Positions 1 through 11,253 of a DNA stretch of 64,000 nucleotides are shown here, piece by piece. Every line of letters begins with the position of its first letter. Position 1 is the stretch's first letter. The stretch covers positions 124,001 through 188,000 of the forward strand of contig ADNK01001860.1 of assembly GCA_000320545.1 (NCBI GenBank), read 5' to 3'. Position numbers and translations under genes: made by a program. This DNA comes from Bigelowiella natans CCMP2755 (lineage: Eukaryota; Protista; Cercozoa). The notes under the pieces are model-generated. The model was not told where the DNA came from. It ran no database searches and was given only the letters and a program-made list of their open reading frames with translations.

Positions 1-571
1 GAACCTTGCAACCTTCCCTCGATTCACACACGTATTGGTTATCGACTGTGAAATATCCTGATTTATTTTCTTTCTATTAGTGTTTGAAATAGATAAGGCA
101 TATCATTCCCCATTCATGTTCATCATACAGACCGTTTTCCGCCATCGTTTTGCTCGCAATTCTGATGGATCTCGAGAATGCGGTAGTATCCTTCTCGGAA
201 CGTTGTTCTCCTCCGCCCGATGGTCTTCCTCCTTTCTTTCTCAAGAATTTAGATGCCTTGGCCATAAATGCAGCGTCACAAACGTGCAGCAATGGTTCTT
301 CTTCTGTTTGCCCCCTCCTTTTCGACTTGCTCTCTGCTGTGTCTGTGCGTTGCTTCAAATCACTTTCCGATTTGCTCGCTGTGTCTGTTTGTAGCTTCAA
401 ATCACGACCTAAGCTCTCGTTGATCTTCTTCGTACTCCTCCCAGCCGTCATGGCACCATTCTGTGCAAGTGTATTTGATCTCTTTATCAGTTCGATCCAG
501 GTCGAGGGTTCAAGTGCCTTCGCGAGGGAGATGATCGGAGGAGGAGGAGGAGGAGGAGGAGGGCACTCCAT
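1..571 (-). CDS. Hypothetical protein, 5' part; probably continues beyond the left edge of the window
   Basis: ORF 77..721 with a plausible start at MECPPPP (571), a short internal repeat (DLKLQTDTASKSES/DLKQRTDTAESKSK) and a GT donor-like site after ...DEHEW. No domain recognised. Confidence 0.4.
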
Positions 572-1448
572 TGGGCGTAGCACTTCTTCTGCGTGTAAGG
601 AGAGCGAGTGTGTTTTGTGACTAAAATACAGAAAAACATGCCATTTTGGTCCTGCGACATCAAAAGATCTCCATGTTCGGAATCCATGGACCCGCCACCG
701 ACGATGGACAGCTAGAAACAAACCAACGCTCGCGCACGTTGTCTGGAGCTACCGGCTGATGATCAGTCTAGCAGTGCCCTCCCCCGGGCGGCTAGCTACT
801 GAGTAACCATTGCACTTTCAGTGCAATTCAGCAGAGGTTACCGAGCAGATCTACCTGATGAATGAGGACAAGCTCAGCATGTTTCATCGTTCAAAGAAAG
901 ACAGACGTGCATTGGTGACATTGGCATGCGAAGGCGATTTGAGCAGCAGTCGCTACGTGTCACAGTGTTCCCCGTGCTGCTGCCAAATTCAGCCTCTAGG
1001 CTAGCTAGGAATGCTAATTGCAAAAGCAAAGTGCATCAATGAATGTTGTGGCAAGTGCACCAGTGAAGCACGGACCGCACGGCGGAGGTGATGCATCGCT
1101 GGACACGTGCGTAGCATGCGCGCAGCACTGCCATGTCAGATTTGTACAGGGGTTGCTATGCTGTGAGTCACATTTATTCAATTGTGCATGCAACCGTGAG
1201 CGCCGCCCGCAACCAAAAAGTGGGGCACAGTTTGACCATGGCGTTGCGATGCGCGCTCATTGCGCGCAAATCAGCAAGGAACATGGAGAAAGACAAAGAC
1301 AAAGATAATGATGAAAAACAATGGACAAAGACAAAGACAAAGACAAAGATAATAATGAAAAACAACGTTTCCAAAGTGTTAGTGCCTCTAACTAGCTCAT
1401 GGAACACATGATCATTGCAGAAACGAGCAAGCACAATGACATATGTGG

Positions 1449-1529
1449 GCTGTAGCTGCTACACTGCATAGCTACATTAGGATGACTGTTGAAAATGTCA
1501 TTGTAATCATTTCATTACATCCGTCTCAT
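1449..1529 (+). repeat. Copy of a ~80-bp dispersed repeat (core GTAGCyGCTrCAyTGCAyAGCTAC..GGATGAC(TA/TG/CA)TTGAA...TTCATTACATCCGTCTCA)
   Basis: Alignable by eye with 42219-42293(-), 42350-42378(-), 45898-45936(+), 55521-55588(-), 55926-56001(+) and 61835-61878(+). Confidence 0.8.
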
Positions 1530-1686
1530 GTATGCAGATAAAGGATCAGCAGGCATTCCATTGTTGCAGGCTCGCTGGCTAGGAGACAAACATATCAATC
1601 GAGATCATGGTAAATTCTAATGTTGCATACGGAGACGATGCGACGTGATGTGAGCGCTATTGCAGGGATGACGCCGCACCTTATGG

Positions 1687-2416
1687 TTATCCCCTTCCAG
1701 CGGACTTCGATCTCGGCAGTCTTCGATTTGATGGCCTTCCGGCACTTCTTTTTGGCACAGTGCCTGCCGTTCTTTGAAATACGATGTTCCCACATTGCTG
1801 AGATGTTGTGATGTTGTAAGGGGAATGGTAACGTTGCGCATCTAGGAAATATATCTTAGCTACACTATCCGTATGATTCCCCATCCATACATTCAATCAA
1901 CCTCATATGCGCTGCGAGTGCGAGATGCTACTCCATTCTCTTCTGAGTTGGGCAATTGTTCTACCTTGCAATGAGTGGCGTCTTCATCGTGATTAAGCAG
2001 CCTTAGGGATAAAATAGATGACACGCGTCGGTGTGTTAAAATGGTGCCAAAGGGCATATGTATAAGTGAGGACGTGCCAATGCTTAAAGCTTTCTTCTGA
2101 AAGGAAAAATCCTCTTGTCTTTCGTGCATTGGGAACACGATGAATGGGGTCGCAAGGGCAGAAAGAAGATGTATAATGTTTGTCGTCAGGACATTTCGGC
2201 GGCTTCTACCATACCCGCAATATCGGCACTCCACACGTAGTACTCCTGCCTTCTGTCGAGCGAGCTCCGCATTTAGTCGCACCATTTCATGGACCTGGTG
2301 ATGAAAGGGTTGGGCGGGGAGAAAAGACATTCAATACAATATACCTTGGGTGAACAATTGGTGCTGCATTGCAACTACTTGTATACATCCTTTGTCGACG
2401 CATCATCATCATAATT

Positions 2417-2448
<32 letters not shown>

Positions 2449-2626
2449 GTCTCACTTGCGCCGGTACAAAGACCATAGTGAAGATGATGAAGATGCTGAC
2501 AAGCGCCCTTCGATCGAGTAGATGGAGGCGGCAGCGGTCAGGGTCGGAAAGTGATTTTCCAAACGCGAGGAGAAAACACAGAGAGTCGTCCATAAACAAC
2601 AATAAGATATGTACAAACTTTATATC

Positions 2627-2658
<32 letters not shown>

Positions 2659-4757
2659 ATGGTAGTACTAATCAGGTGGATTTAACATCGAAACTACCGG
2701 CCCATTGCCGTTTCTGGAGTGATGTCTCCGTAGCCAACCTGCACATCAGGAGCAGCAGAAGATAGGAATATAAAAACGAGCAGCAGAAGATAAGAATGTA
2801 AAAACGTTGAATACAACTCTTAAATGATGGTGCATTGGACATGCCGATAATGATAGCGAATATACCAACTAATATTATTCATTCTAATGAAGCGCCCAGT
2901 ACCAGAACCCCCCCCCTCCCTCTACTCTATTTGCAAGGAAGATAAGAACGATTTAGCCGTTAGTGTACGAAACACCGTAGAGAAAGTGATGATCGTGAAG
3001 TATATGCTCTCACCTAGTAGAGTGGTATTTGGTGTTAAGCATCAGATTGCCAAAAGAGTGCGAAAGAAAAGGACGAGCGCAGGAAAAAGAAGAAGAAAAA
3101 AGAAGAAGAAGAAGAAGAAGAACGAAAAAATGGTTTTGACAATGATGATAATCATGATGAAAATACCAAAACCAGAAACCGTTTCCACAGAGCTTTGGGG
3201 CCCTTCGATAGCGGTGAAAGAGCCTAAGAGAGGCAAACATAATTTTTTATGATGTTGATACAGAGGCTGCAAATCGATAACTTTAGCCTTTTGAATCAGT
3301 CTATATTTTTGCTCTCCCTCTCCCTCTCTCTCTCTCCTTTTATTTCATTTAGTTCTCTTTCCTCTGTCTTTTTCCTATCACCCCATTTCTCTCTCCCCCC
3401 CCCTCTCCCCCCCCCTCTCTCTCTCTTCTCTCAGATATTTTTTTAGCTACCAGCAAAGCAGAATATTAACGTGAGTACGGTAGAAAAAAGTCGCGCTTTC
3501 TGCAGAGCGTAGCAATCAAAGTAGAAGAGTTATAACACATCAAAAATAAGCATAGGCGGAGAAGCAATCGGGATGTAGTGTAGACTGTATGGTGATGACG
3601 ATCATGATGAAGGTAGTGGAGTGGAAAGCTCAGGCCACGTTTAAGGTTTAAGTATACGAGCACCTGCAGTTGCAGCCTGCTTATCTTACCAAAGAAGAAA
3701 TCCTCGGTCTCCAAAAACCTAAAGTTCAGAGAGGAAGTGCCGTATAAATGAATCTACACTGCTGCTACTGCGCACTAACACGTACACCACCTTTGGAACC
3801 GCAAAACGCGCAAAACTCGAAAGATTTGCAAGCCTCTTAATTCCTAATACGCGGCGGAAAAAAAATTAGGTCACCATACAATTGATATCGAAAATTAAAC
3901 TTCCATTAATGACGCTGCTTATGTGCAACTCTAATCGCCTCTCACGTCGAATTCCTTGCCGGAGTAAATGAAGAAGACAGGAATGCAGGACACCAGGTCT
4001 ATGATTCCGTACCACGAAGCCACATAACGTAGTCTTGAAACACGACAGATAAAGCGAGAAAGAAGAGAAAGAGAGGTGAGGTTCAGGATAAGCTTTTCTA
4101 TGAGTAATATGAATAGTTCCGAAGAACGCATTCCGAGTTAGAAATTGGAAGGAGTTGGTTACCGGGACTCTGCGACCCAAACCCGTAGAAGGTACTCAAT
4201 AAGAAATATGCTTCCAACCACAAAATCAACCTCTTTTTGCCGCTTCCCACTGCGAATATTATTATCATAAAATGCAGATGTAATGTGGATGCTTAGTATT
4301 CTAATACATATCAGAGCGAGATGAGACGAAGTGATCCCGATGTGGTAAATGATGGCAAAGAATCATAATAACACAGGCCCTCTAATCGTCACTCTTGTTT
4401 TAGCTCTCAAGCTACCTCTCCAAATCGACGACAAAGAGGACGCATGCGAGGAGATTGACAAAGAGCAGAAATATATCGATAGCTGCACCAAGATTTGATT
4501 CCGAACTGTTCAGGAGATACCTGTCGTTGCAGCAACAGTGTTTAATGTACAACAAATCAATTTTTCCTTAATGAGCGAGTCAACTGAAACCTAATCGATA
4601 CTCGAATATCTTCAAGCATTGACAGTTCTTGTATATTTCCTTCGACGCTGCTGCGATTTCCATCGTCTAGCTTGGCGTCATTAGGACGAACAGCCGCACT
4701 CGCGAGTCTTTTCGTTTCGCGTTTTCCGCGCAGTGTGTGCGGCAATCTCTTGCTCAT
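1687..4757 (-). CDS. Voltage-gated (6TM) potassium channel, multi-exon, with C-terminal Cys-rich zinc-ribbon-like tail
   Basis: Spliced reading gives S1 AAIDIFLLFVNLLACVLFVVDL (~4420-4520), S2 VGSIFLIEYLLR, S3 YVASWYGIIDLVSCIPVFF, S4 LRGLQIFRVLRVLRFQR (~3790-3840), pore helix ESIYFTIITFST joined to VGYGDITPETAMGR (~2700-2737, TVGYGD filter), S6 ALVSIFIIFTMVFVPAQ and tail ECRYCG..NHDEDATHCK/QCG. Start codon approximate. Confidence 0.88.
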
Positions 4758-5025
4758 CCTTGGTCCTTCCGGAGTCGCAGAACCCCGACTCCCCTGATTC
4801 GTTTCAATTTAGCCGTCGCCACGTGGCAAAGTTTAACAATACTAATATTAGGAGGCACAGTACCACTTCGTCGAGTGGTATTTGGTCCGGTACCATCGGT
4901 CGGTATATTGCTCAGGGAGATTCCATGCTCTTGTGCCTAAGAAAGACGATTTTGGGGCTTGTGCTGCAGTGGGGGCGTGATTCGTTCGACAGCGTTCAAT
5001 GGGCGTTGAAGGCGGTGCTTGCCAT

Positions 5026-5039
5026 GTGTTGTTGTTGTT

Positions 5040-5112
<73 letters not shown>
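5026..5112 (+). repeat. (TTG)n microsatellite
   Basis: Directly visible; one of dozens of SSRs (CA, GA, TA, CAT, TAG, GAA) in the window, most of them intronic. Confidence 0.95.
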
Positions 5113-5301
5113 TCGATTATTATCGATATTACTGCAGTAAATAAAGATTTCGTGACTCTTTTTTCACGGAGGTTGTACCAAGATGCAAAAACATAGCTGT
5201 TAAGCCAAGGATGCGAACAGAATAACTAACGAACTAACTTATGTACATGGAAGGCAGAAACATTTCTTACGTAGGAGTTTTTCCTCTGGATGATTGATTA
5301 A

Positions 5302-5746
5302 TAGGGTGCAATCCATACCTGTCAAAACTTGTAAAATTGGTAAAAACGGTTTTTCATTTTTGGGAAAAATGTTCCAAGTATGGAGTGCACCATTTGGGGT
5401 CACATCGTCAAAACGTGTAAAATTGGTGTGTCATTAGCGGTCACTGCCGGGTATCCCGGTGTGTTAACCGGGATTTCACATGGAAACACCGTCACTACCC
5501 GGTAGCGCCAAAATCGAGATATGGAAACGCCTTCGCGAAATAAATAAAAACGGCACAACCGGGATTTCACATGGAAACACCGTCACTACCCGGTCAGGTG
5601 ACCAATTTTGCGGGTGACCAATTTTACCAATTTTGCATCCAAAAAGTTTTGGTAATGCAATTTTTGTAAAAAATGACCGTTTTTCGACTTCAATTTACGT
5701 AAATTACCAATTTTGAACGGAAAAAAAAAGTATGGATTGCACCCTA
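5302..5746. mobile_element. Non-autonomous DNA transposon (MITE), 445 bp
   Basis: Perfect 17-bp terminal inverted repeats TAGGGTGCAATCCATAC (5302-5318) / GTATGGATTGCACCCTA (5730-5746); the outer TA may be a TA target-site duplication. Subterminal AAAATTGGT/ACCAATTTT repeats and an exact 38-bp internal direct repeat (5466-5503 / 5557-5594). No transposase ORF. Confidence 0.88.
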
Positions 5747-5912
5747 ATTATTCCCAGTTCCCTAGAGTATTCGAAGTTCGTTCGAAGTTACGCAGTTTGT
5801 CAGGACTCATCAACAGAAGAAAAGCAAGTTTTAAGCAGGAGCCACGTGGCACAGTGGAGATACAGACATCGGCTGCTAGCCCTGTGCCCCGCACACCAGC
5901 CGTGCAGCATAA

Positions 5913-7517
5913 TTGTGTCTGGCTGTGCTCACAGGCTCCGAAACTCGTAGAAATATACGAAAAGACATTTCTTTGACTGCAGTTGCATGGGCAGCCACAG
6001 TCATTTCTCTCACAGGATTCAACTACTTCTACTGTGGGGTGCATGAGGAAGAAACAGTCCCCGTGCGCACGATAACAACGAAAGATGGCCCGAAGGAGGG
6101 GGCGATCACTTCAGAAATTAGGTTTGTCTCCACCTTCAATGCATCGATTCTGCAATCTTCGAGTGAAATCTACGTGCGATGTATATATGTATATGCATGA
6201 TGATCACATTTCAAGATTTTGCCTGAGTTTTCGTCACAATCAGGGTTCATGTTCTAATGGTTTTAGATCTAACAATCAGCATTGAATTTGATCAGAATGT
6301 ACGGGGTAAAGCACACTCCACCTGCATTCCTCAACATTCAGCGTTGCTCCCATTCCTACTGCAATCAGACGACTGCTACTCTCAATGTTACTGCGTGTGA
6401 AAAAGCACTGGCTTCTCCAAAAAAATGCCCAGAGCACCTAAAAATTGCAATGCTTCAAGCAAAACAATTTAACCCGGTGGTGTACCTCTATGAGGCCGGA
6501 GGCAGCTGCAAGGCGTTTGCTTCGAAGCATTTTGTCGAATATGTGGATCTTGGGTTTCAGAAAATTGGCAATCTGTATTGTCTCATGATGCAAAACGCTA
6601 AGCCTGATAGCTATGTGAAAAGAAGTGGCTGGTTGTGGCAGTCCTCAATGATGCGATGGCTGGCAGTCGGAGACCCTGACATCAAATGGCCGCCGCGCTT
6701 CAATCTTCTTGATCATGACATGATGGCATGGACAGATTCAACAAGATATTTTGACAAATTTGGAGACGATGCCGAAATTGCAATCTGCTGCTACCATCCG
6801 GTGTGCAATGGGATCTACTCGCTTTTCACCCATCGTTCGGCTGCCGATCTCACTAGATATGTGATAGAGGGGCTTCAGTACTGGTATACTGACATACATG
6901 CATTGATTTCATACACATATGAAGGCACAAAACCTGAAGAGTTTGAATGTTGGGCAAACGAGCACACCAGGCCTCTTGGATTACAGTCTAATGGTTTATG
7001 CGCTGAGGACTGGATTCGCGCCCCACCTGAAGCGTCCTTGAATACCTCGTATCCAGTACATAATTCATGTCTTGAAATGCCAGATGGAAGGGTGTCAGAG
7101 TACATCATGGGTGATCGTGAAGGAATTTACGAACTCTGGAATGTGAGCAAGCCCGGAATCGATTGGAGAATAGACACATATCAAATGGGTAGGGAGAGGT
7201 GTCCTGCGCATAAACTATATTACAAGAAAGGTCACCTACATTACAAGCTTTTGGTTGGGAAGGGAGACAAGAGGAAGTGGAAAAAAGTTTCTAAGTCCCC
7301 GTTTCAACGGATCTTCGGCGCACATTTCGCGGCTGACTACAAAAAGCTGATGAAATATCACTTCCGACCTAACTTAATGTCCATCAATGAGACCGGCTGC
7401 AAAGAATGTTTGCAAGAAGATTGTGATTGCATGAACACAAAATGCGAATCATGCTTCACCAAGTGTTTAGACAAATGCCAAGTTTTGAGGGATTTCGTCG
7501 AAGCTATCGAGGAGTAA
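5913..7517 (+). CDS. Putative type II membrane glycosyltransferase-like protein (at least 2 exons)
   Basis: N-terminal hydrophobic segment (LTAVAWAATVISLTGFNYFYC), then a 411-codon ORF (6282-7517) containing a DxD-like motif FNLLDHDMM after MMRWLAV, and a Cys-rich C-terminus. The function is inferred. Confidence 0.55.
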
Positions 7518-9540
7518 CAACATCACTGAAACCGCATGAGATTGTGCACACGATGTGTCCGCTTTGTGCATCAAGGTGCATTCATGCAACAACAATGCAC
7601 GCTAGATGTAGCCGTTCTTGCATTGTGTGCACGCGCATGGGATTCGAATTTGAACCATTGTCAAATTTTGTTGGCGCTTGGTTGGTGGGATTTTTGGATG
7701 TCGATGCAGGGAGCATCTTCGAATCGCTTTGTGGACTGCTTCGTGCACACATCAGGTTCTGTCTGGAAATGGTTGGAAACGTGGTCGTGAGCACAGCCAT
7801 CTGCAACTTCGCTCATCAGATGAGTGTGGACTTTCATCACCTTGCTAGCTTGTTTCTTGCGATGGAATTTGACATTTTGGATTTGGTTCGGCTTCAAGGT
7901 TGTCCATTCTGGCTTTGCGAGGACGGTTTCACCAAGTTCCATGCAAAATTTTGTCGTCAACATCACAGATTTCGTCTGCCAAGTTTGCTTCGCTCATCGC
8001 ATCATTGCACAGCTCTGGAGCTCTATAGCTCGCGTTCAAGTCAGAGACACGCACACACTTGTGAGCATGCACTCGGTCTCTTGCATTGGAGTGCCCATGC
8101 TGCAAGTACATTTTCAAGTGCACACGTGGCGTTCATGACTCCACGTGCACCAAACAGTTTGTGCACACGTGTGCACCAGCATGCACCACAGCGGGCAGAA
8201 CGTTCACGTGAATGCATGTGCACTCAATGTCTCATGTCCAGACGTGTCAACAATGTGCACCACACACGAACCATGGTGCATGAGAAGCGAAAGAATTGAT
8301 GTTTTGATCACGCATGCATGCAATGTCAGGGACAGGCACACACTTGCAAAGTGCACTTTGTCTCTTGCTCAAATGATTGATTGACCAAATCGCTTTGCTT
8401 CTGCACGTGCTGATGCCATCACATCGCACCGCAGGCTGCCATGATCGAGTGCATTTTCCCAATGATCCCATCCATCACACGCATCTGTGTTGGGCATCAC
8501 GTTTCGTCTGAACGTGCACGTGAACAACGTGATTCATTGAAACGTGACACCAGCTGACAGCCATCAAGCGAAGCTAGCTCAAACCGAAGGTTTGGCGCTT
8601 CACACCCAACCAACCAGCAATGCACGCGGCAACACAAACCCGTGCCAAGGGGTGAAAGTGGTGACTTCGAGAACGCGCGTTGCCCAATGCATCCACACGT
8701 CAAAGAGAATGAATGGATCACACTTCACAGAAATCGTGAAAGAAAACTTCGATGTTTGCGTCTTGCACGATGAAGATGGACACAGCAATGTGATCATCGC
8801 TGAGCAAGCTCACATCACGACCCGAGCTTCCGCATGTCCACTAGCCATCACATCCTCTTCAACTCACTTCGCACAAGAGCTGCTCAATCTGATCACCATC
8901 GATCCAAGCAAGTTTGAACTCTGCTAAACCCTCCAACGCAGGGTCTCGAGTTGCTCAAGTTTGCAATCATCAGAGGTTTGGAAAAAAGCAAGATGTTGTT
9001 GGGTCACAAAAGAACGAAGATTCCAACAGGGTCTCGAGTTGCTCAAACTTGCAAACGTTGGAGATTGAAAAAAGACAAGGTGTTGTTGGGTTGCAAAACA
9101 GTGAGGATTCCAACAGGGTCTCGAGTTGCTCAAGTTTGCAAACGTTGGAGATCAAGAGAGGTGCACAAATTCTCAGTGCCATTCTCTCAAAATGTTTGTT
9201 TGCATTGGCACAACTAGACAATGGGAAGATCACACCAACTGCCTTTGGTGCAAAACAATTGCGAACATCATCAAGAGCAACAGCGTAACTTCAGGCTTTC
9301 TTTGAAAACAACGTGCCGCGGAGCAAAGGAACAAAGAAACCGGCAAACTTGAAGTGAAGCAGCGAGGATTCGAAGCTGCCACCACTTTGGCCAAAAGGGG
9401 AAAATTTTGTGATGTTGGCCGAGTCTAGCGTGTGCTGTGGCTGCTCCAATGATTAGCCTCATTGTGGGCGATGTAGCTAGCACGCTGACAGGCGCAGAAC
9501 CATGCAAAAATCACATCAATTTTGGCTCAAGTCAAGCAAA
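7518..9540. mobile_element. Degenerate, TpA-eroded repeat- or TE-like island, family unidentified
   Basis: About 11 TA in 7518-9420 (5 in CTAG), very high TG/CA content, His/Cys-rich pseudo-ORFs, and an 87-88-bp tandem repeat inside. No termini recognised, so TE origin is inferred. Confidence 0.55.
8933..9152 (+). repeat. Tandem repeat, 87-88-bp unit, about 2.5 copies
   Basis: CAGGGTCTCGAGTTGCTCAA recurs at 8939, 9027 and 9114, with alignable intervening sequence. Confidence 0.9.
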
Positions 9541-9638
9541 CCTTGCTCACACAGCATCGTAGCTGCTGTACATCACAGGTAACCGCTGCATGTAGGCACG
9601 CAACTGTTGATCGTGCATAGCATGATGGACAATACTGG

Positions 9639-11047
9639 CTACTTTTCATTGAAAATCAACCCTGCATTTGCGATACTATATTGAAAAGAGAGTCTCGCAC
9701 TACAAGGCGACTTAGAAACCAAGCACTCCATCGACTCCTTTCCGGGTTTATTCTGGAGCCGATATCTCACATTTACTGCATGCGCCCATGTTATTCCAAG
9801 AGCTGCAGTCTGAAGTAACAAATAATTTTACCTCAATTAATCTTACACACACAACAACAACATACACATACACATACAAACATATGCTCGAAGACAACGC
9901 GCCCACCAAATTTTCTCCGTCATCAGCAAGCCCCTTTTTCATGCCCCCAGACACTTGATTCGTGACCACAATAGGAATTCTGTAGGTCTCTCCCAAGTAC
10001 TTGAGCTGTTATAGAAATATCCTGGGGAGAGTGCCAAAGCAAGACAAATGTTAGTTGTGGAATTACTAAAACCTTTGAGGCGGCGATGCTGAGCATCATC
10101 TGACGCTCTGGAATGTGTTTCGAGTCGAAATCAGATCTGAAAGGAGAGGCCATGCTGTCTACAATAATCATTTTAATTTGCTTTTCGATAATAGTGGCGT
10201 CCAGTTGAGTAATTTGGTCCACTAGCTCATGTGCGTGAGAGCACTGGAAAACGTGGATGCTTTGTGTTAACTTCTTCAGTGCCTGATTAATATAAATTCA
10301 TTGGAAATACATTTGTAATCCATTCGAGTTAAACTTGCATGTGTGTGTGTGTGTGTGTGTGTGTTTGTATTAGAGCAAACCTTAACGTCATAAAATTTGG
10401 GGTATCTACTGCGAGCAATCTCAACTAGGCGAGAGGGGCTGAAAGAAGACTCGGTGTCAACGTAAATAACACCCCCACCTAAGCCTCCATACTCTATTGG
10501 AAGATACGCCATAGCTGACAAAGTGGTGCACCACTGGCTTTTTCCTACACCTGATCGAATGGAAGTAGTAAGTATACAATCCGTCAGAGAGGAAGGTTTC
10601 CTTTCACTGAAAAGACAAAAGTGACCTGCAGCGCCAACAACTTCGGTTATAATCCCTGGTTCGATGCGAACTTTGGAGCTCTCGAAAGTGAGGGAGGACA
10701 TTTCCGCGTCAAGCATGTTAAACGCAGTCCTTGGCTTCGGTGCCAACGTTGCATATACCTTCCGTAAAGCGGAGGCCAAATCGCCTGTAGATGTTCATAT
10801 CTGTTAGCGGCATTCTTTTCTGATTGAGCATTTCATCTGATTGACCAACTGAAATATCCAAGGCGTCTATAATGTCGAGATCCGGACGCTCTATTAGGTC
10901 CTGAACCGTTTTGATGTTCTTAGACTCGCACCTTTCACACAGACATCGTGTTTTACGTACATACATCGAAAGCGAGAATGCGAGACAGTGTTATTACAAG
11001 TCAGCAAAGTGGCCTGGTATTAATCTTTTCAGCCTTCGACCCGCCAT
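9639..11047 (-). CDS. RAD51B: DNA repair protein RAD51 paralog B, multi-exon
   Basis: Spliced N-terminus MAGRRLKRL...KTVQDL...VYATLAPKPRTAF is characteristic of RAD51B. Walker A ITEVVGAAG/VGKSQWC, GGLGGGVIYVDTESSFSPSRLVEIA, Walker B MIIVDSMAS, IPIVVTNQV, AALGITWAHAVNVR, KSP. Confidence 0.9.
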
Positions 11048-11253
11048 TAGTGTGTATTCCCCCCTGGTTCCCCTTCCTCAATGCATACTTCAAGGGGGAG
11101 CTTCGATGAGGTTCGAGCAGAAATGGCTTCCCGCCACAATTTCATCCAAAACGTAGTTTGGAAGGCGATTTACAAGGTGCGACAACACATTACACGAAAA
11201 TCAGTGCTGAAAAGTTACGAAGACCTGGTTCGCTCGAGCTTCCTTCCTAGTAG

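Noticed and set aside
8933-9152. Possible CRISPR-like repeat-spacer array
   Set aside because: The intervening sequences are homologous to each other (a tandem repeat), the context is eukaryotic, and there are no cas genes.
7427-9507. Many overlapping ORFs (e.g. 7427..8299, 290 aa) on both strands
   Set aside because: Loss of TA removes TAA/TAG stops, so all frames open. The products are His/Cys-rich and Tyr-poor, with no recognisable domain.
7518-9540. Classical RIP or CpG-methylation decay as the cause of the TG/CA excess
   Set aside because: RIP enriches TpA and CpG decay depletes CG. Here TA is lost and CG remains common.
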